Virus record (IMG/VR): IMGVR_UViG_3300031992_000021
Coordinates: 64,001-128,000 of that record
Source: a virus
Lineage: Duplodnaviria; Caudoviricetes
Reading direction: 5' to 3' (one strand)
Length of the DNA: 64,000 bases
Shown: one piece after another, positions 10,378 through 20,853 of the stretch
How the letters are laid out: each line of letters opens with the position of its first letter
Numbering within the stretch: position 1 is the first letter of the stretch
Program-made: the position numbers and the translations under genes
The notes under the pieces: generated by a model
Database searches by the model: none
Told to the model about the DNA's origin: nothing
The model's input: the letters and a program-made list of their open reading frames with translations, nothing else

Positions 10378-10838
10378 GATTTCTTCAGCTCCATGATGAA
10401 GTGCGCGGTGCCGTAGCAGATTCCCTTGGCGGCGTCGAGGTTCCCGATGTCGATTCCGGTGAGCCACCCCATCCTCGAGAAGTTTCCGATGGTGACTGCG
10501 GAAGGGGATGTCTTCTTGGATATCCTGCTGTTTACGTACTCCGACAGCCCGCTTTCGATCGCCGACGTGTTGTTGGATCCCTTGCAGCCCTTCTTTCCGA
10601 TGAGTATTGCGAACGTAAGCGACATGGCGCACTGCGCCTGGTTGTTGCCGAGGGCGTAGATGTACGAAACGTCGTCGAAGCACTGGCGTATGTCGGTGAT
10701 CTCTCTCGCCCCTATCGAGAAGTTGACGAGAACCCAGGTGTTGTCCACTACGTCTCCGAGAGCGGAAGCCTTGACGTCCACGGTTGCCGTAGGCCCCCAT
10801 GCCTCTATCGTTCCTGTGTTTGACGAGAATATCTTCAT
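10374..10838 (-). CDS. Tail-tube-fold baseplate protein (tube initiator-like)
   Basis: 154 aa, directly after the tape measure gene; alternating beta pattern similar to the tube protein at 18073-18507. Confidence 0.5.
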   Translation of the reverse strand: MKIFSSNTGTIEAWGPTATVDVKASALGDVVDNTWVLVNFSIGAREITDIRQCFDDVSYIYALGNNQAQCAMSLTFAILIGKKGCKGSNNTSAIESGLSEYVNSRISKKTSPSAVTIGNFSRMGWLTGIDIGNLDAAKGICYGTAHFIMELKKS

Positions 10839-10842
10839 GTTG

Positions 10843-13800
10843 TCAAAGCACCCCGCTTGCAACCGTGACCGGTATGGGTTTGTTTGCGAAAGTAGAGAAC
10901 TTCTCTACCATGTCTCCTATGGCCTTGAGTATCTCGTATGATCCCGAGTCTTTCTTGCCGGCAGACTTTGTGACGTTGACGAGATCCTCCTCGAGCTTGT
11001 CGGCGCCACCGGACTTCCTCGCCTTCTCAAGACCCTTCTCGCCCTCAAGCAGGACCTTCGATCCGCTGACGCCTCCAAGTGTAGTTTCCGACATGCTGCG
11101 TATGAGAGCCATGTCGTAACCGGAATCGGTCCTTCCCTTGAGGGCCTTCTCCCTTATGATCTTCTCTGCCGCTTCGGACTTTTTCTTGTCTCCGCTTGAA
11201 AGGTCGGACAGGACATCCTCCTTGATTCCGGCCTTTGAAAGCCTTTTCCCAAGTTCCTCGATCTGCTTCCTGGTGTGCGCGACGGCCTCTCTCGTGAAGC
11301 TTGCGCCTCCGGCCTGTATCGCATTTGGAATGCGGTTCAGCGTAGCATCGGCGCTGATGTCGTCCTGCGCAGACACGGCAGCCGTCGCATTGGCTCCGAT
11401 GTTCACCTGGCGCATGTCTACGCCGGACTTGCTTGCGGCCATGGTCACAAGCGCCTGATCCTTGCTTCCTGCCGCATACATGGCATTGAACGTATTGTCT
11501 CTCGTCCCGCCATTGTATATCTTTCCGAACATGCTGTTCACCATCGAAGAGGAGACGTTGTCCCGCTTCTCGATGTCGTCGGCAGCCTTTTCAAGCCGTT
11601 CTTTCGTGGCCTTGTCTACGCCTTTTGCCCCAGCCCGCTCCCTGAGGGATTCCACCATGGCCCTCTTCGCATCCCCGCCATTCTTTGACGAGAACCGCCT
11701 CATGGCATTTTCGGAAATCCCCGAAATGTCATCGGACGAGACTCCCGCATCCTTGAGAATGTCCTCCATTCCAGAACGCCGGAGGTCGTTCAGGTCGAGA
11801 TCCTTTCCGTCCGCTCCCTTTCCGAGACCGATCGACTTGGCGAGCTCCAGGAATCTTCCGGTTGCCTGAGCGTCAGAACCGCCGAATTTGCCTTCGGTTA
11901 TGTCCTTCATCTCCTTGACCGCATTGCTTCTGAACGCCTCGGTGGTTTCGCCTATGGCGCTTTTTGCGGCGGAGAAGAACGCGGTTTTGTTCAGGTCCTT
12001 CTTCCTGAGACTTGAGTTCTTGTCCTGAGCCTGTTCCTTCAGCTGCTGTATGCGCTGCAGGCCTCCGCCCTTCTCAAGCTTCTTCTTCTGGTCTTCGGTA
12101 AGGCTGTCAAGCGCATTTACGAACGACTTGTCGAACGATCCGAACTCGTGAAGGCCCTGAAGCATGTTCTTGGCCACGCTCTCCTCAAGGGCTTTCTGGT
12201 CTTCGTCGCTCAGATCTCCTACGTTGCCGTCGAATATCTTGGCGACCATCCTCTTTGCCGCCTCCCTGTACGTCCCGGAGAGGTTTTCGTCGTCTCCCGT
12301 GAACACGACGTCCCTGCCCTCAAGCTCCTTTGCCTTTCTCGCAAACTCGTCCATTGCGGCATTGTCGGACTGGTTGTCAAAATCCTTTCCGGATATGAGC
12401 CCCTCAAGCTCCCCGGTACTCTCGACCCTTGAGCGCTTCACATCCCTTTCGAGCGATGTCATGCGCTCCTTGGTCGAATACTCCGGACGCTGCGACTCCT
12501 CGATCCTGTCCAGCCTCTTTTTCTCGAGCTCCGCCTGCCTCTTGGTGAACTTTCCTCCAAGCACGTTCTTTTTCAGCTCTTTTGCGTCCTTGGACTTCAT
12601 CCCTGCGGAAGAGAAATCCTTCAGGACCGAACCTACATCCTCTCCGCTGTTCAGCCGGTCTATGAACTCTTCCTTCTTGCTGTCGTTCCACGCCGTCGAA
12701 GACTTTACGGCATCGATCATCCTTCCCCGTGCCGCATCCTCCTCGTCCGAAGTCATGGTCGCATCATCTATCTGTTTCTTTGCCGCATCGATAATGGCGG
12801 TGTTCTCTATCCTCTGAAGTTTCGCACCGTCTATCCCCGGCCTTCCTGCAAGGAATTTGCGAAGGTCTGACAGCCCCATGGACTCCGCGCCCTCTTTCGT
12901 CAAGCCCTGCTCTACCGCAAGTTCGGAAAGCCTGCTCTTGACGGCGGCATCGCGCTCCTTGGAGTATCCGCTTCCGCCGGTTGTTCCGGAAATGTCGGAA
13001 TCGATGTCCCTTATCGCCTTTCCGAGAAGACGCTTTGCGCCAAACGCCTCCGCCTGGGCGAGATTTCCCTCCATTCCGGCCTGGTCGTATCGCTCCACGG
13101 CGCTCCCGGCCCTTACGCGAGCTGCCGCCTGAAGGGCTGGGTCGTTCATGTATTCCGAGAACATGTTCGCCCCTATCCGCTCCTTTATCATCCCGACCAT
13201 CCTGTTTGGATCGCCCTCCCTGAAAGACTGCTCGAACTGATTCCTCTCTTCCTCGGTGAAAAGATGCTCGTTGTCCGCGAACATCGCGGCAAGCGTCGCC
13301 CCGTTCGACGTGGCGTATGCCTGTGTCCTTCCATTTGCGGCAAGAAGGGCCTGGGCTTTCTGCTGTTCCGTCGCTCCTGGATTGGTCGCAGCCCACATGT
13401 TGTAAGCCATCGTGCCGTTGTACGCCATGTTGGTCATCAGACCTGAAAAACCGGACGCCTCTCCAACATAGGAGTTGATGCCCATGCCTTCAACCATTCC
13501 GCTCTGCATCTTGGTCATGTTCGCATACGCCTCCTGTGGCGATATGCCGGCCATGGCTGACGTTATCCTTATTGCAGTGGCCATCCTCTTGGCCTTCTCG
13601 GCCACCGCGGTGGCCTGCTCGGCCGTTCCGCCGAGGAAGTTCCCTCCTGCAAGCCTGTCCATAAGTCCTATCGCGTCCTTGACGCTTCCCGTGATCTTTG
13701 AAAGCATGGATGCCGCTTCATTGAACTTCGATCCAAGCTTCTCGAGGTTGTTCTTGAACTCGCCGGCGTCTTTTTCAGGGTCAAGCGTCCTTCCTGTAGG

Positions 13801-14424
13801 GCTTGACGTGTCTATACCTCCGAACGGGTCGCTCCTTTTGTATTCCCTGTACGGAATTTCAGAGGACAGGAGTCTCTGGGCCATCATGCCCATCTCGTCC
13901 ATGTTCAGTCCATGGCTGAAGTCTATGTTGTACCCTCCATTCTCCCTTGTGCCAAGGCTGTACATTGTCCTGCCCATGCTCATGGCCCTTCTGTGCGAAG
14001 CCATTACGCTGTACGGATTGAACATCTCGGTCGGCCCAAAACCTGCGGCTTCCCCTATGCCAGAAGCACCGCCGGCTATCTGACTGAAGAACCTTTCTCC
14101 GTTCGGCACGCCAAGAACGGCCCCGAACGTATCTGGCGCCAGATGGTACATGGAGCCGAACATTGACGAAAGCCCCTGTCCAAGTCCGGAAAGAGGGTTT
14201 ACGCCAATCCTGTCCACAAACATCTCGGCAGCCCGGCTTATCGTCTCTTGACTCTGTCTTAGGGGGACGGCCTTTGTGGCGTTCGACATCTGGGCATTCA
14301 TCATCGCCGACAGTCCGTCGATTCCGGCGGCGCCCTGTCCGGCGCCTCCAAGGGCGCGGACGATGCTGCCGATGTCCGAACCGGACATCAGCATGGGAAG
14401 GAGTATGCCTAGAAGATCGTTCAT
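10843..14424 (-). CDS. Tape measure protein
   Basis: 1193 aa, Ala/Gly/Lys-rich and helical, directly downstream of a frameshifted chaperone pair. Confidence 0.85.
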   Translation of the reverse strand: MNDLLGILLPMLMSGSDIGSIVRALGGAGQGAAGIDGLSAMMNAQMSNATKAVPLRQSQETISRAAEMFVDRIGVNPLSGLGQGLSSMFGSMYHLAPDTFGAVLGVPNGERFFSQIAGGASGIGEAAGFGPTEMFNPYSVMASHRRAMSMGRTMYSLGTRENGGYNIDFSHGLNMDEMGMMAQRLLSSEIPYREYKRSDPFGGIDTSSPTGRTLDPEKDAGEFKNNLEKLGSKFNEAASMLSKITGSVKDAIGLMDRLAGGNFLGGTAEQATAVAEKAKRMATAIRITSAMAGISPQEAYANMTKMQSGMVEGMGINSYVGEASGFSGLMTNMAYNGTMAYNMWAATNPGATEQQKAQALLAANGRTQAYATSNGATLAAMFADNEHLFTEEERNQFEQSFREGDPNRMVGMIKERIGANMFSEYMNDPALQAAARVRAGSAVERYDQAGMEGNLAQAEAFGAKRLLGKAIRDIDSDISGTTGGSGYSKERDAAVKSRLSELAVEQGLTKEGAESMGLSDLRKFLAGRPGIDGAKLQRIENTAIIDAAKKQIDDATMTSDEEDAARGRMIDAVKSSTAWNDSKKEEFIDRLNSGEDVGSVLKDFSSAGMKSKDAKELKKNVLGGKFTKRQAELEKKRLDRIEESQRPEYSTKERMTSLERDVKRSRVESTGELEGLISGKDFDNQSDNAAMDEFARKAKELEGRDVVFTGDDENLSGTYREAAKRMVAKIFDGNVGDLSDEDQKALEESVAKNMLQGLHEFGSFDKSFVNALDSLTEDQKKKLEKGGGLQRIQQLKEQAQDKNSSLRKKDLNKTAFFSAAKSAIGETTEAFRSNAVKEMKDITEGKFGGSDAQATGRFLELAKSIGLGKGADGKDLDLNDLRRSGMEDILKDAGVSSDDISGISENAMRRFSSKNGGDAKRAMVESLRERAGAKGVDKATKERLEKAADDIEKRDNVSSSMVNSMFGKIYNGGTRDNTFNAMYAAGSKDQALVTMAASKSGVDMRQVNIGANATAAVSAQDDISADATLNRIPNAIQAGGASFTREAVAHTRKQIEELGKRLSKAGIKEDVLSDLSSGDKKKSEAAEKIIREKALKGRTDSGYDMALIRSMSETTLGGVSGSKVLLEGEKGLEKARKSGGADKLEEDLVNVTKSAGKKDSGSYEILKAIGDMVEKFSTFANKPIPVTVASGVL

Positions 14425-14435
14425 TTTCCGATTAT

Positions 14436-14444
14436 ATTATACCA
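14436..14444 (-). promoter_or_regulatory. Extended -10 promoter TGGTATAAT
   Basis: Exact TGnTATAAT ending 11 nt upstream of the tape measure ATG. Confidence 0.65.
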
Positions 14445-14445
14445 T

Positions 14446-14856
14446 TTAGGGGTCTGTCGGTAAACCGTCAGACGCTTCTGCCGAGTGTGCCGCGGAGGCT
14501 TTTTTCGATGCCTCTATTTCGTCAAGTTCGTCGAAATATCGGTCGTAATCAACGTCTTTTCCTGCGTCTCCGTCGAACCTTACGTACGGAAATGCAATCC
14601 TGAGCATGAATCTACGCCTTTCGTCTATCGACTCTATTGCCGAATCGACGTCTATCTTGCCGTGCGACAGTATGGAAGCCGACGACATGATGCCGCATTG
14701 CATGACGGATATGAGATCCCTCCTCTCAAGGATATCCCTTCGGCATCGCCTGTGGATCCAGGTATGCCAGAAAACAGCCTTCCGTCCGTCTTCAAGCAGC
14801 CTGCAATCGTACCCGATAGCGCCCTCGAACTCCCTCAGGGCGTATCGGGACTCCAA
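14446..14856 (-). CDS. Tail assembly chaperone, frameshift extension (gpT-like)
   Basis: -1 frame entered at the slippery site; no RBS or ATG of its own. Confidence 0.75.
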   Translation of the reverse strand: MESRYALREFEGAIGYDCRLLEDGRKAVFWHTWIHRRCRRDILERRDLISVMQCGIMSSASILSHGKIDVDSAIESIDERRRFMLRIAFPYVRFDGDAGKDVDYDRYFDELDEIEASKKASAAHSAEASDGLPTDP

Positions 14857-15500
14857 AAATTTTCATTCTCGGCCTCTTTGCACAGCGTGGAGTATATCAG
14901 GTCGAAGTCCGATATGCACTTTATCACGGCGGAGAACACGCCATATCCTAGACCATCCCAAAATGCCGACCTTTCCACCCACCCAGGCTGCTTGACGGTC
15001 TTTCCGTCGCTTTCAAGCGTCTCGAAGAGCGGCTCCTCAAGAGCCGGCATTTCAGTTCCGTTGTATCTTGCGATCTGAGCGGCGGCAAGGTATTTCCTGT
15101 ATCTGCCGGAAGTAAGCCCGGCCGGATCCTTCGCTCCGCTTTTCACAGTCCATGCCGCAAGCGCGTTCGTCTCGTCGGCCGTAAGCGAACGCACCGTAAG
15201 CTTGATCTTCCCTCCGAAAAGAGAATAGTCCTTTGTGTACCTCGTGTTTCCGACAACCGCGTCGATGAACGCAATCTTGTCCTCAGGGGACACCACTACG
15301 CTCTTTTTGCCGTTTCCGAGGTCTATTTCAGATGACGAGCTTAGATTCTCTTCAGAGAACGCACCGTCCTTCTTTTCGTTTTCGGATGACTGCGCGGCTT
15401 CAGGCTTCTCAACCTCTGCGGCATCGCTGACAGCCACGTTTGGTTCTTTGGCCTTTTCAGGCGTTTCGGGATTTCCCGAATCGTTTCCCATTATTGTCAT
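14835..15500 (-). CDS. Tail assembly chaperone (gpG-like)
   Basis: Likely start MTIMGND after a purine-rich RBS; acidic; ends just past the slippery site; upstream of the tape measure gene. Confidence 0.75.
   Translation of the reverse strand: MTIMGNDSGNPETPEKAKEPNVAVSDAAEVEKPEAAQSSENEKKDGAFSEENLSSSSEIDLGNGKKSVVVSPEDKIAFIDAVVGNTRYTKDYSLFGGKIKLTVRSLTADETNALAAWTVKSGAKDPAGLTSGRYRKYLAAAQIARYNGTEMPALEEPLFETLESDGKTVKQPGWVERSAFWDGLGYGVFSAVIKCISDFDLIYSTLCKEAENENFWSPDTP
14856..14862 (-). other. Programmed -1 ribosomal frameshift heptamer A AAT TTT
   Basis: X XXY YYZ in frame near the 3' end of the chaperone gene; the -1 frame reads FLESRYALREF... Confidence 0.8.
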
Positions 15501-15519
15501 TGCTCTTCCCTTCTTTTGT

Positions 15520-17979
15520 TTACTTTCTGACAAGATATCCGCCCTTGAGCTTCACCGGGCTTATCTGAGACTTCTCCTTCACGGTCTTGCGGCTCACGTT
15601 GAATCCGTCAGACGTGAGGTTCTTGGGCTGAAGACCGTCGAGCTGGGCGTATTCGGCCGAATCCTCGGCCTCCTTGCCGGGAAACGGCTTTCCGTTCTCC
15701 CACTCCGGCTTTTCCTCGTAGGCCTTGGAGTCGACGCCTCCGTTTTTGAGCGTCTCGTAGATCTTCATCACCTGCACCCACGCAGGCTCGTACATCCTGA
15801 AATTTCCTCCGGATCCGCCTATCGACCACGGCTTGTCCGTTCCGCATTCCTGGGAAGTCCTGAATCCGAACACCATCTTTTCAAGAGCTTCCGCGCTGAA
15901 TCCCTCCGAAGCCTGCTTTTCGTCCGCGAGGTCTTTCGTCGCCTCGACGAACATAGGCAGATATTCGGCCGCGATATTGCCGACGTCCTCCCATGTCATC
16001 GGTATCGGAGTCTTGGACCCCCTTGTTAGCGTGAGTCCGTTTGCCGCATAGATTCCTATTGACCTGGCTATCGCACTGAACGAGTTCCTGTTCACCGCCA
16101 TGGCGGCGCCTTCGGAAGCGATGTATGTGGTCTTGGTCCTCGCCCTTAACATCTTGGCGCCTATGTCCACACGCCCGTCGATGCTCTTGTCTCCGGAAAC
16201 GATCTTCGTGACTTTCCTCGACCTCACGACCACCTTCTGCCCGTCTACAACGACACCCTGGTTTTTCGTGCGAATCGTTATGCCGGCAACGCGAGCCTGC
16301 TCGCCCTTGTCCTTGCCGTCCCACGGAGACACGCCCTTGCCCCTGGATTCGATTATGACGCCTCCGGAATACTGGCTTTCGTCTCCTCCGCCAAGGATCT
16401 CCATGTTCCTGGCGGCGCTCAGACGTACATCGTGCTCCGACGCATGGATGTCTACCGAGTTCTGCGCCTTGTGGACGATGTCGTCTCCGGCTATCGTGAG
16501 AGCCGTCTTTCCGGGGAGCAGCATTACGTTTCCGGCGCACGAGATCGATACATTTCCTCCAAGCATGACGATCTCGCTGCCCCAGGCATCACGGATGATG
16601 ATGCTGCCGTCCTCTCCGATGTACGCGCCGGCACGCCTCTTGTCGTACTTTTTGAGCTTTACGGTCTCGTTGCCGTCGAACTTCTCGTCGTACTTGTCCG
16701 AAAGCGGCTTCAGGTCCTCCTCCTGCGGAACGTGGTAGTCAGGTTCCTTGAGACCAAGCCCGTCAACCCTTGCATACTGAGTCTTTAGGTCGTACGCCTG
16801 ACGGTCGAACAGTTCAAGCTGCCTGTAGCATGGGTCGGATTCGTCATGCTCGAAAGGCTTGAGCACCTCTGGATCCTCGTGATCGTGATCCTTGTCTGTA
16901 GGATAGCACTTGCGCACAGGAACCGGAATGCGGCCGGTGCGCTCTATCGCAATCATTCCGGCCGCGGACAGGCGATACTGCCCGGAAGGGTCGATCGTCT
17001 CGCGGCTAACGCCCTCCTCGTTCGGCTCGTCTCCCTGCTTGCGCACTCCAGAACCTGCAGGATCTGGACGCAGGCAGAAGTTTGAGCGCAGATGCCCGAA
17101 GAATCCTGCAAGATCCTTGATTCTCGGACGCATCGTCTGGTTATTCCCCTCTACCGGCTCTTTAGAGTCTTCTTTCCATACCCTTGCCTGTTTGGTGGCT
17201 CCTCCAAGACGTTCCTCCTGATAAAGGGCGAAGTTTCTTTCGGAAGAAAGGAAGCGTGCGTTGTGGAACTCATGCACTCCACCAAATATCGAGAACCGCT
17301 GGTACGTGTCGCATGCGAGTCTGGCGAGGTTCGATAGGGCAGACATCCTTAGCGACGCTCCGCCGCCGAGAAGCGTGGCCGAGAAAAGCCCACCCTTTAT
17401 GCCGCAGTTGTGCTGGTTTACGTGGGAGAACTCTCCAGGATACACGTCTGTCGGCCGGAAGTGAGTAGAGACATGCGTGGAATCGTCGTCCTTGTTCTCC
17501 ATCGGCGTCACAAAGCAGGGGATGTTCCTGTCCCATGTGCTCTTCTTCTCTTCGTCCCATGTGAACGAACGCCTGTGGTACTGGTCCGGATCGTTGTACT
17601 TGTCACCTCCGTTTCCGGAGAAGTTGAGATGGTACGGGATTCTGCCGATGATCACGCCCGCATTTGCGAACGCCGCCACCTCAAGAACGAGAACAAACTC
17701 TCCCTCACGAGCCGGATGCGTCTCGGAGAATCCGAACGAATACGACAGGAGTTCGTCTGCGAACACGCACGACCAGATGCTCGAATCCTCCTGCATCAGC
17801 ACGGCGGCGCTGTGCGCCTGCGGATGGTATGCGATTACAAGTCCCTGGCGGAACACGTTCTGCTTTCCATACACCGAATTGAAGAAGTTCGACACGCCAA
17901 GCGGGTCGTCGTTGCCGAAAACGGGAGCCGAACCCCTTCCAAGCTGTATCGTGGAGAATTTTGCCAGTCTGTCCTTCAT
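15520..17979 (-). CDS. Baseplate central spike (gp5/VgrG-like)
   Basis: N-terminal OB-like segment (GLVIAY...HPAREGEFVLV) and C-terminal beta-helix-like repeats (GSIIIRDAWGSEIVMLGGNVSISCAGNV...). Confidence 0.7.
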   Translation of the reverse strand: MKDRLAKFSTIQLGRGSAPVFGNDDPLGVSNFFNSVYGKQNVFRQGLVIAYHPQAHSAAVLMQEDSSIWSCVFADELLSYSFGFSETHPAREGEFVLVLEVAAFANAGVIIGRIPYHLNFSGNGGDKYNDPDQYHRRSFTWDEEKKSTWDRNIPCFVTPMENKDDDSTHVSTHFRPTDVYPGEFSHVNQHNCGIKGGLFSATLLGGGASLRMSALSNLARLACDTYQRFSIFGGVHEFHNARFLSSERNFALYQEERLGGATKQARVWKEDSKEPVEGNNQTMRPRIKDLAGFFGHLRSNFCLRPDPAGSGVRKQGDEPNEEGVSRETIDPSGQYRLSAAGMIAIERTGRIPVPVRKCYPTDKDHDHEDPEVLKPFEHDESDPCYRQLELFDRQAYDLKTQYARVDGLGLKEPDYHVPQEEDLKPLSDKYDEKFDGNETVKLKKYDKRRAGAYIGEDGSIIIRDAWGSEIVMLGGNVSISCAGNVMLLPGKTALTIAGDDIVHKAQNSVDIHASEHDVRLSAARNMEILGGGDESQYSGGVIIESRGKGVSPWDGKDKGEQARVAGITIRTKNQGVVVDGQKVVVRSRKVTKIVSGDKSIDGRVDIGAKMLRARTKTTYIASEGAAMAVNRNSFSAIARSIGIYAANGLTLTRGSKTPIPMTWEDVGNIAAEYLPMFVEATKDLADEKQASEGFSAEALEKMVFGFRTSQECGTDKPWSIGGSGGNFRMYEPAWVQVMKIYETLKNGGVDSKAYEEKPEWENGKPFPGKEAEDSAEYAQLDGLQPKNLTSDGFNVSRKTVKEKSQISPVKLKGGYLVRK

Positions 17980-17988
17980 CGGAATTGT

Positions 17989-17997
17989 ATTATATCA
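17989..17997 (-). promoter_or_regulatory. Extended -10 promoter TGATATAAT
   Basis: Exact motif ending 9 nt upstream of the ATG at 17979. Confidence 0.65.
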
Positions 17998-18009
17998 AAA
18001 TATTGACCG

Positions 18010-18044
18010 AAAATAAACGAGGGCCCCGGATGTCTCCGGGACCC
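18010..18044 (-). terminator. Intrinsic terminator after the tail tube gene
   Basis: GGGTCCCGGA-gaca-TCCGGGGCCC stem followed by TCGTTTATTTT. Confidence 0.75.
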
Positions 18045-18072
18045 CCGCTCATGCCTACAGCGCTTGTGCAGG

Positions 18073-18507
18073 TCAGGACATTTCGAGAGCCGTGAACGTG
18101 ACTTGGACGCCCTGTGCGACGTATCCACGTCCGCCCTGCGCGTCCACGGACACGTTGGAGGCGAAGCAGTTCTTTGCCGTGACCGTCTTGCCGGCCATGT
18201 CGCAAGCGTCATTGCCGTCGAACTTGATCGTCATGTCGAACGGCGTGCAGTCGTCTCCAGAGAGCTTGAACGCCTTGAAGGCGTCAACGCCCTTGGCGAG
18301 TATCGTGTTCGCCGTGAACTGGCCCTGGGGCTCGCCGAGGCTTACAACGCGCTTCTTGCTGAGCGCAGGGACGATCTCGACCTGACGGCCGAACTGCACC
18401 TGCACTCCGAGAGCGAGGAGCGTGGATCCGCCTACTGTGACGATGGCCTTTCCGGCCTTGATTACAATAGGCTTGTCGGTAGAACCGCCGAATACGGAGT
18501 TTGCCAT
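18073..18507 (-). CDS. Tail tube protein
   Basis: 144-aa beta-rich protein directly after the sheath gene. Confidence 0.8.
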   Translation of the reverse strand: MANSVFGGSTDKPIVIKAGKAIVTVGGSTLLALGVQVQFGRQVEIVPALSKKRVVSLGEPQGQFTANTILAKGVDAFKAFKLSGDDCTPFDMTIKFDGNDACDMAGKTVTAKNCFASNVSVDAQGGRGYVAQGVQVTFTALEMS

Positions 18508-18526
18508 GTTCTATTCCTCTCTTTCC

Positions 18527-20761
18527 TTAGACTGTGAGAACGATGTCGATGTTGTTGCACGGATACGGGACGCCGAGCGAGATCGCCACGTCCACGTGAT
18601 CCTTCATGAGCTCGTTCTGGCGTATGTACTTGATCTCCGTCTCATCGGTGATGAGCTGTGGACCGTATACGCTCGTGCTGCCGCCGAACTGGCTGATGAG
18701 CTGCTTTGCGAGATTCTCGAGGATTGCCACGAGCTCTGGCGTGATGTTGTACTTGCCGTAGTACGGGCGGAACACCTGCGCGAACGCATACGAGATGCTG
18801 TCCACGTTCTTCGTGATCGAGAGCTCGGCAGTGTTGAGGTTGCCATCCGGATACGCCGTGGTGATCTGGTGGCGGACGTACACGAGGTCGTTCGGAAGAT
18901 CCTGGGCGACGATGAACGTGCCGCCGGCGGCGATCGTGTCGAGCTGCGTCTTGTTGTACGTCTGGTACACAAGCGGGATGTCGTCGATGCCACGCACCGT
19001 CACGTTCGTGATGGGCTGCTGCGGCTCGGTCGCGGAGATGAGTCCGGCCACCGCGCACGCGGCGAACTCGCCGGTCATCGTCACGCCGTCGTTCTTGAAC
19101 ACCGACGGGAAGACGTTGAGCATGCGGCGGGAAGCCATCGCCTTGGAAACCGAAGCGATGACCTCTGCGGACTCCGCTGCGGTGTAGGTGTGATAGATCT
19201 CTACCTTCTCAGGAACGTAGTTGCCTGTACCGGCCGTGAGATTCGTGACGTCGATGTCCTCCGTGACCTCAACCGTGTAGTTGTTGATCACGCGCTTCAC
19301 GACGTAGGTGGCGTACTTGGCATCGCCCCAGGCGTCGTTGCGGAAGCAGAACCTGACCCTGTCGCCGGGAACGACTGTCGAGCGGAACGCCGTGTCGGTG
19401 TTGCCGTTCACGTTGTCGGTAGCCTTGACCACGCGGAACTTGTTGTAGTCCGTGAGTCCGGTCTGGATGCCGCTGTCGGACACGGGGATTGCGAGGAACT
19501 CGTCTCCCTGGGGATCCATCGCCGCGCTGAGCTTCGCGACTTCATCAGGAACCTCGGCAGACGCGGCGGCTATACGCCACATCTTCACGGTCTTCGTCGA
19601 CATCTCAAGGACGTGGCTGCGGACGAGTTCGAGAACCGCCTCGTCGCGTGTCGTCGGAGCGAACACGTAGGCGCGGTCGGTGAGGGTCGCCCTGTTGAGC
19701 ACCGCGTCGTAGCCGTCCTTGTCGTCGGACGGAACCGACATGAAGAACACCGGAGGAGCCTCGTCGCCGTCGTCCGTGGCCGAGTTGAGGGCGGCCATGT
19801 AGACGCCCATCGCGAGCGGGTTGTCGGGGTCGACCTTGCCGAGCATGTTCGCGACTTCAGAAGCCCCTGTGACGGAATGGAAGGTGTCTGCATAGGACAC
19901 GATCAGCTCGCGGAACGTGACGAACAGGTCTGCGAAAAGGACCGGACAGTATTCGGGATCGGCGAAGAAGCCGGACACGAGGACGTTGAGCGCAGTGACC
20001 TTTACGCCCTTGAACGTCTCGCCGTCGACGGTGTACTTGCCCTGTTCCCACTGATATCCGGAGCCGGCCGAAATGTTCTTCCTGGTGAACTCGACACCGT
20101 TCATCACTCCGACGAGCTTGACCTTTACGGAATCCGTGTCGGCGGTCTCGGGTATCGCGTCCTCGATCGTCACAAGCGTTCCTGCGACGCCTTCGGTTGA
20201 GGAGTCGCTGTCGATGTTCCACGCCTCGGAGCTGTACTTGACGTCGACGATCTTGGTCTTGATCGTGCTCGTCGGCGCTCCGGTTCCGCTCTCCTTGTAC
20301 GAAACGAGAAGGATGTCTCCGGCCGCAAGGTTGCGCGGAAGAGAAGCGTCACGCGTCGCGGGGCTGCCGGATATGTCGCGATCCACAAAAATCTTCCCTG
20401 CGAAGAGGAGCTTCGTGAAGCCTCCGTTCTCCGCACGGACAGATGCAGAAACGCCGGTCTCAGGCAGGGTGGCCTTCGCCGTATTAGGCGTAAGGTTGGC
20501 GAGCTCGACGACCACGTTGTCGCCATGAAGCTTCGTGTACTTTGCGTCAACCGCATCCTCGTCGATAGCCCCAGGATACTTGAAGGACTTCTCTGAGCCG
20601 TCGAAAGTGCCGACCGCAGTTCCGGACTTCTCATCGTCGTTCGAGTACCGATGGAGCTCGTAGTTCGGCCCGAATATGAATGCGGGCTGGTCGCGCTCGA
20701 TCGAAGTCGGTGCGATCGTCATGTTCTGGTCGACTGTGACCATTGGTCTCTGGTATGCCAT
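18527..20761 (-). CDS. Contractile tail sheath protein
   Basis: C-terminal sheath motifs (ACAVAGL...PQQPITN, YVRHQITT, ELSITKNVDSI, VPYPCNNIDIVL). Confidence 0.9.
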   Translation of the reverse strand: MAYQRPMVTVDQNMTIAPTSIERDQPAFIFGPNYELHRYSNDDEKSGTAVGTFDGSEKSFKYPGAIDEDAVDAKYTKLHGDNVVVELANLTPNTAKATLPETGVSASVRAENGGFTKLLFAGKIFVDRDISGSPATRDASLPRNLAAGDILLVSYKESGTGAPTSTIKTKIVDVKYSSEAWNIDSDSSTEGVAGTLVTIEDAIPETADTDSVKVKLVGVMNGVEFTRKNISAGSGYQWEQGKYTVDGETFKGVKVTALNVLVSGFFADPEYCPVLFADLFVTFRELIVSYADTFHSVTGASEVANMLGKVDPDNPLAMGVYMAALNSATDDGDEAPPVFFMSVPSDDKDGYDAVLNRATLTDRAYVFAPTTRDEAVLELVRSHVLEMSTKTVKMWRIAAASAEVPDEVAKLSAAMDPQGDEFLAIPVSDSGIQTGLTDYNKFRVVKATDNVNGNTDTAFRSTVVPGDRVRFCFRNDAWGDAKYATYVVKRVINNYTVEVTEDIDVTNLTAGTGNYVPEKVEIYHTYTAAESAEVIASVSKAMASRRMLNVFPSVFKNDGVTMTGEFAACAVAGLISATEPQQPITNVTVRGIDDIPLVYQTYNKTQLDTIAAGGTFIVAQDLPNDLVYVRHQITTAYPDGNLNTAELSITKNVDSISYAFAQVFRPYYGKYNITPELVAILENLAKQLISQFGGSTSVYGPQLITDETEIKYIRQNELMKDHVDVAISLGVPYPCNNIDIVLTV

Positions 20762-20824
20762 CTTTTTCTCCTTTTAGGCTTGTTTGTGTTTGCCCAAATC
20801 GTTTAGTGCTCCGTTCATGCTGAT

Positions 20825-20853
20825 ATGATAGCAAATAATTTTTCAACTGTCTA
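20825..20853 (-). promoter_or_regulatory. Sigma70-like promoter upstream of the sheath gene
   Basis: TAGACA-17-TATCAT with TG extension. Confidence 0.5.

Noticed and set aside
10378-10800. N-terminal extension of the 635-aa ORF 8893-10800
   Set aside because: It overlaps the 10374-10838 gene in another frame and is Arg/His-rich nonsense; the real start is probably 10377
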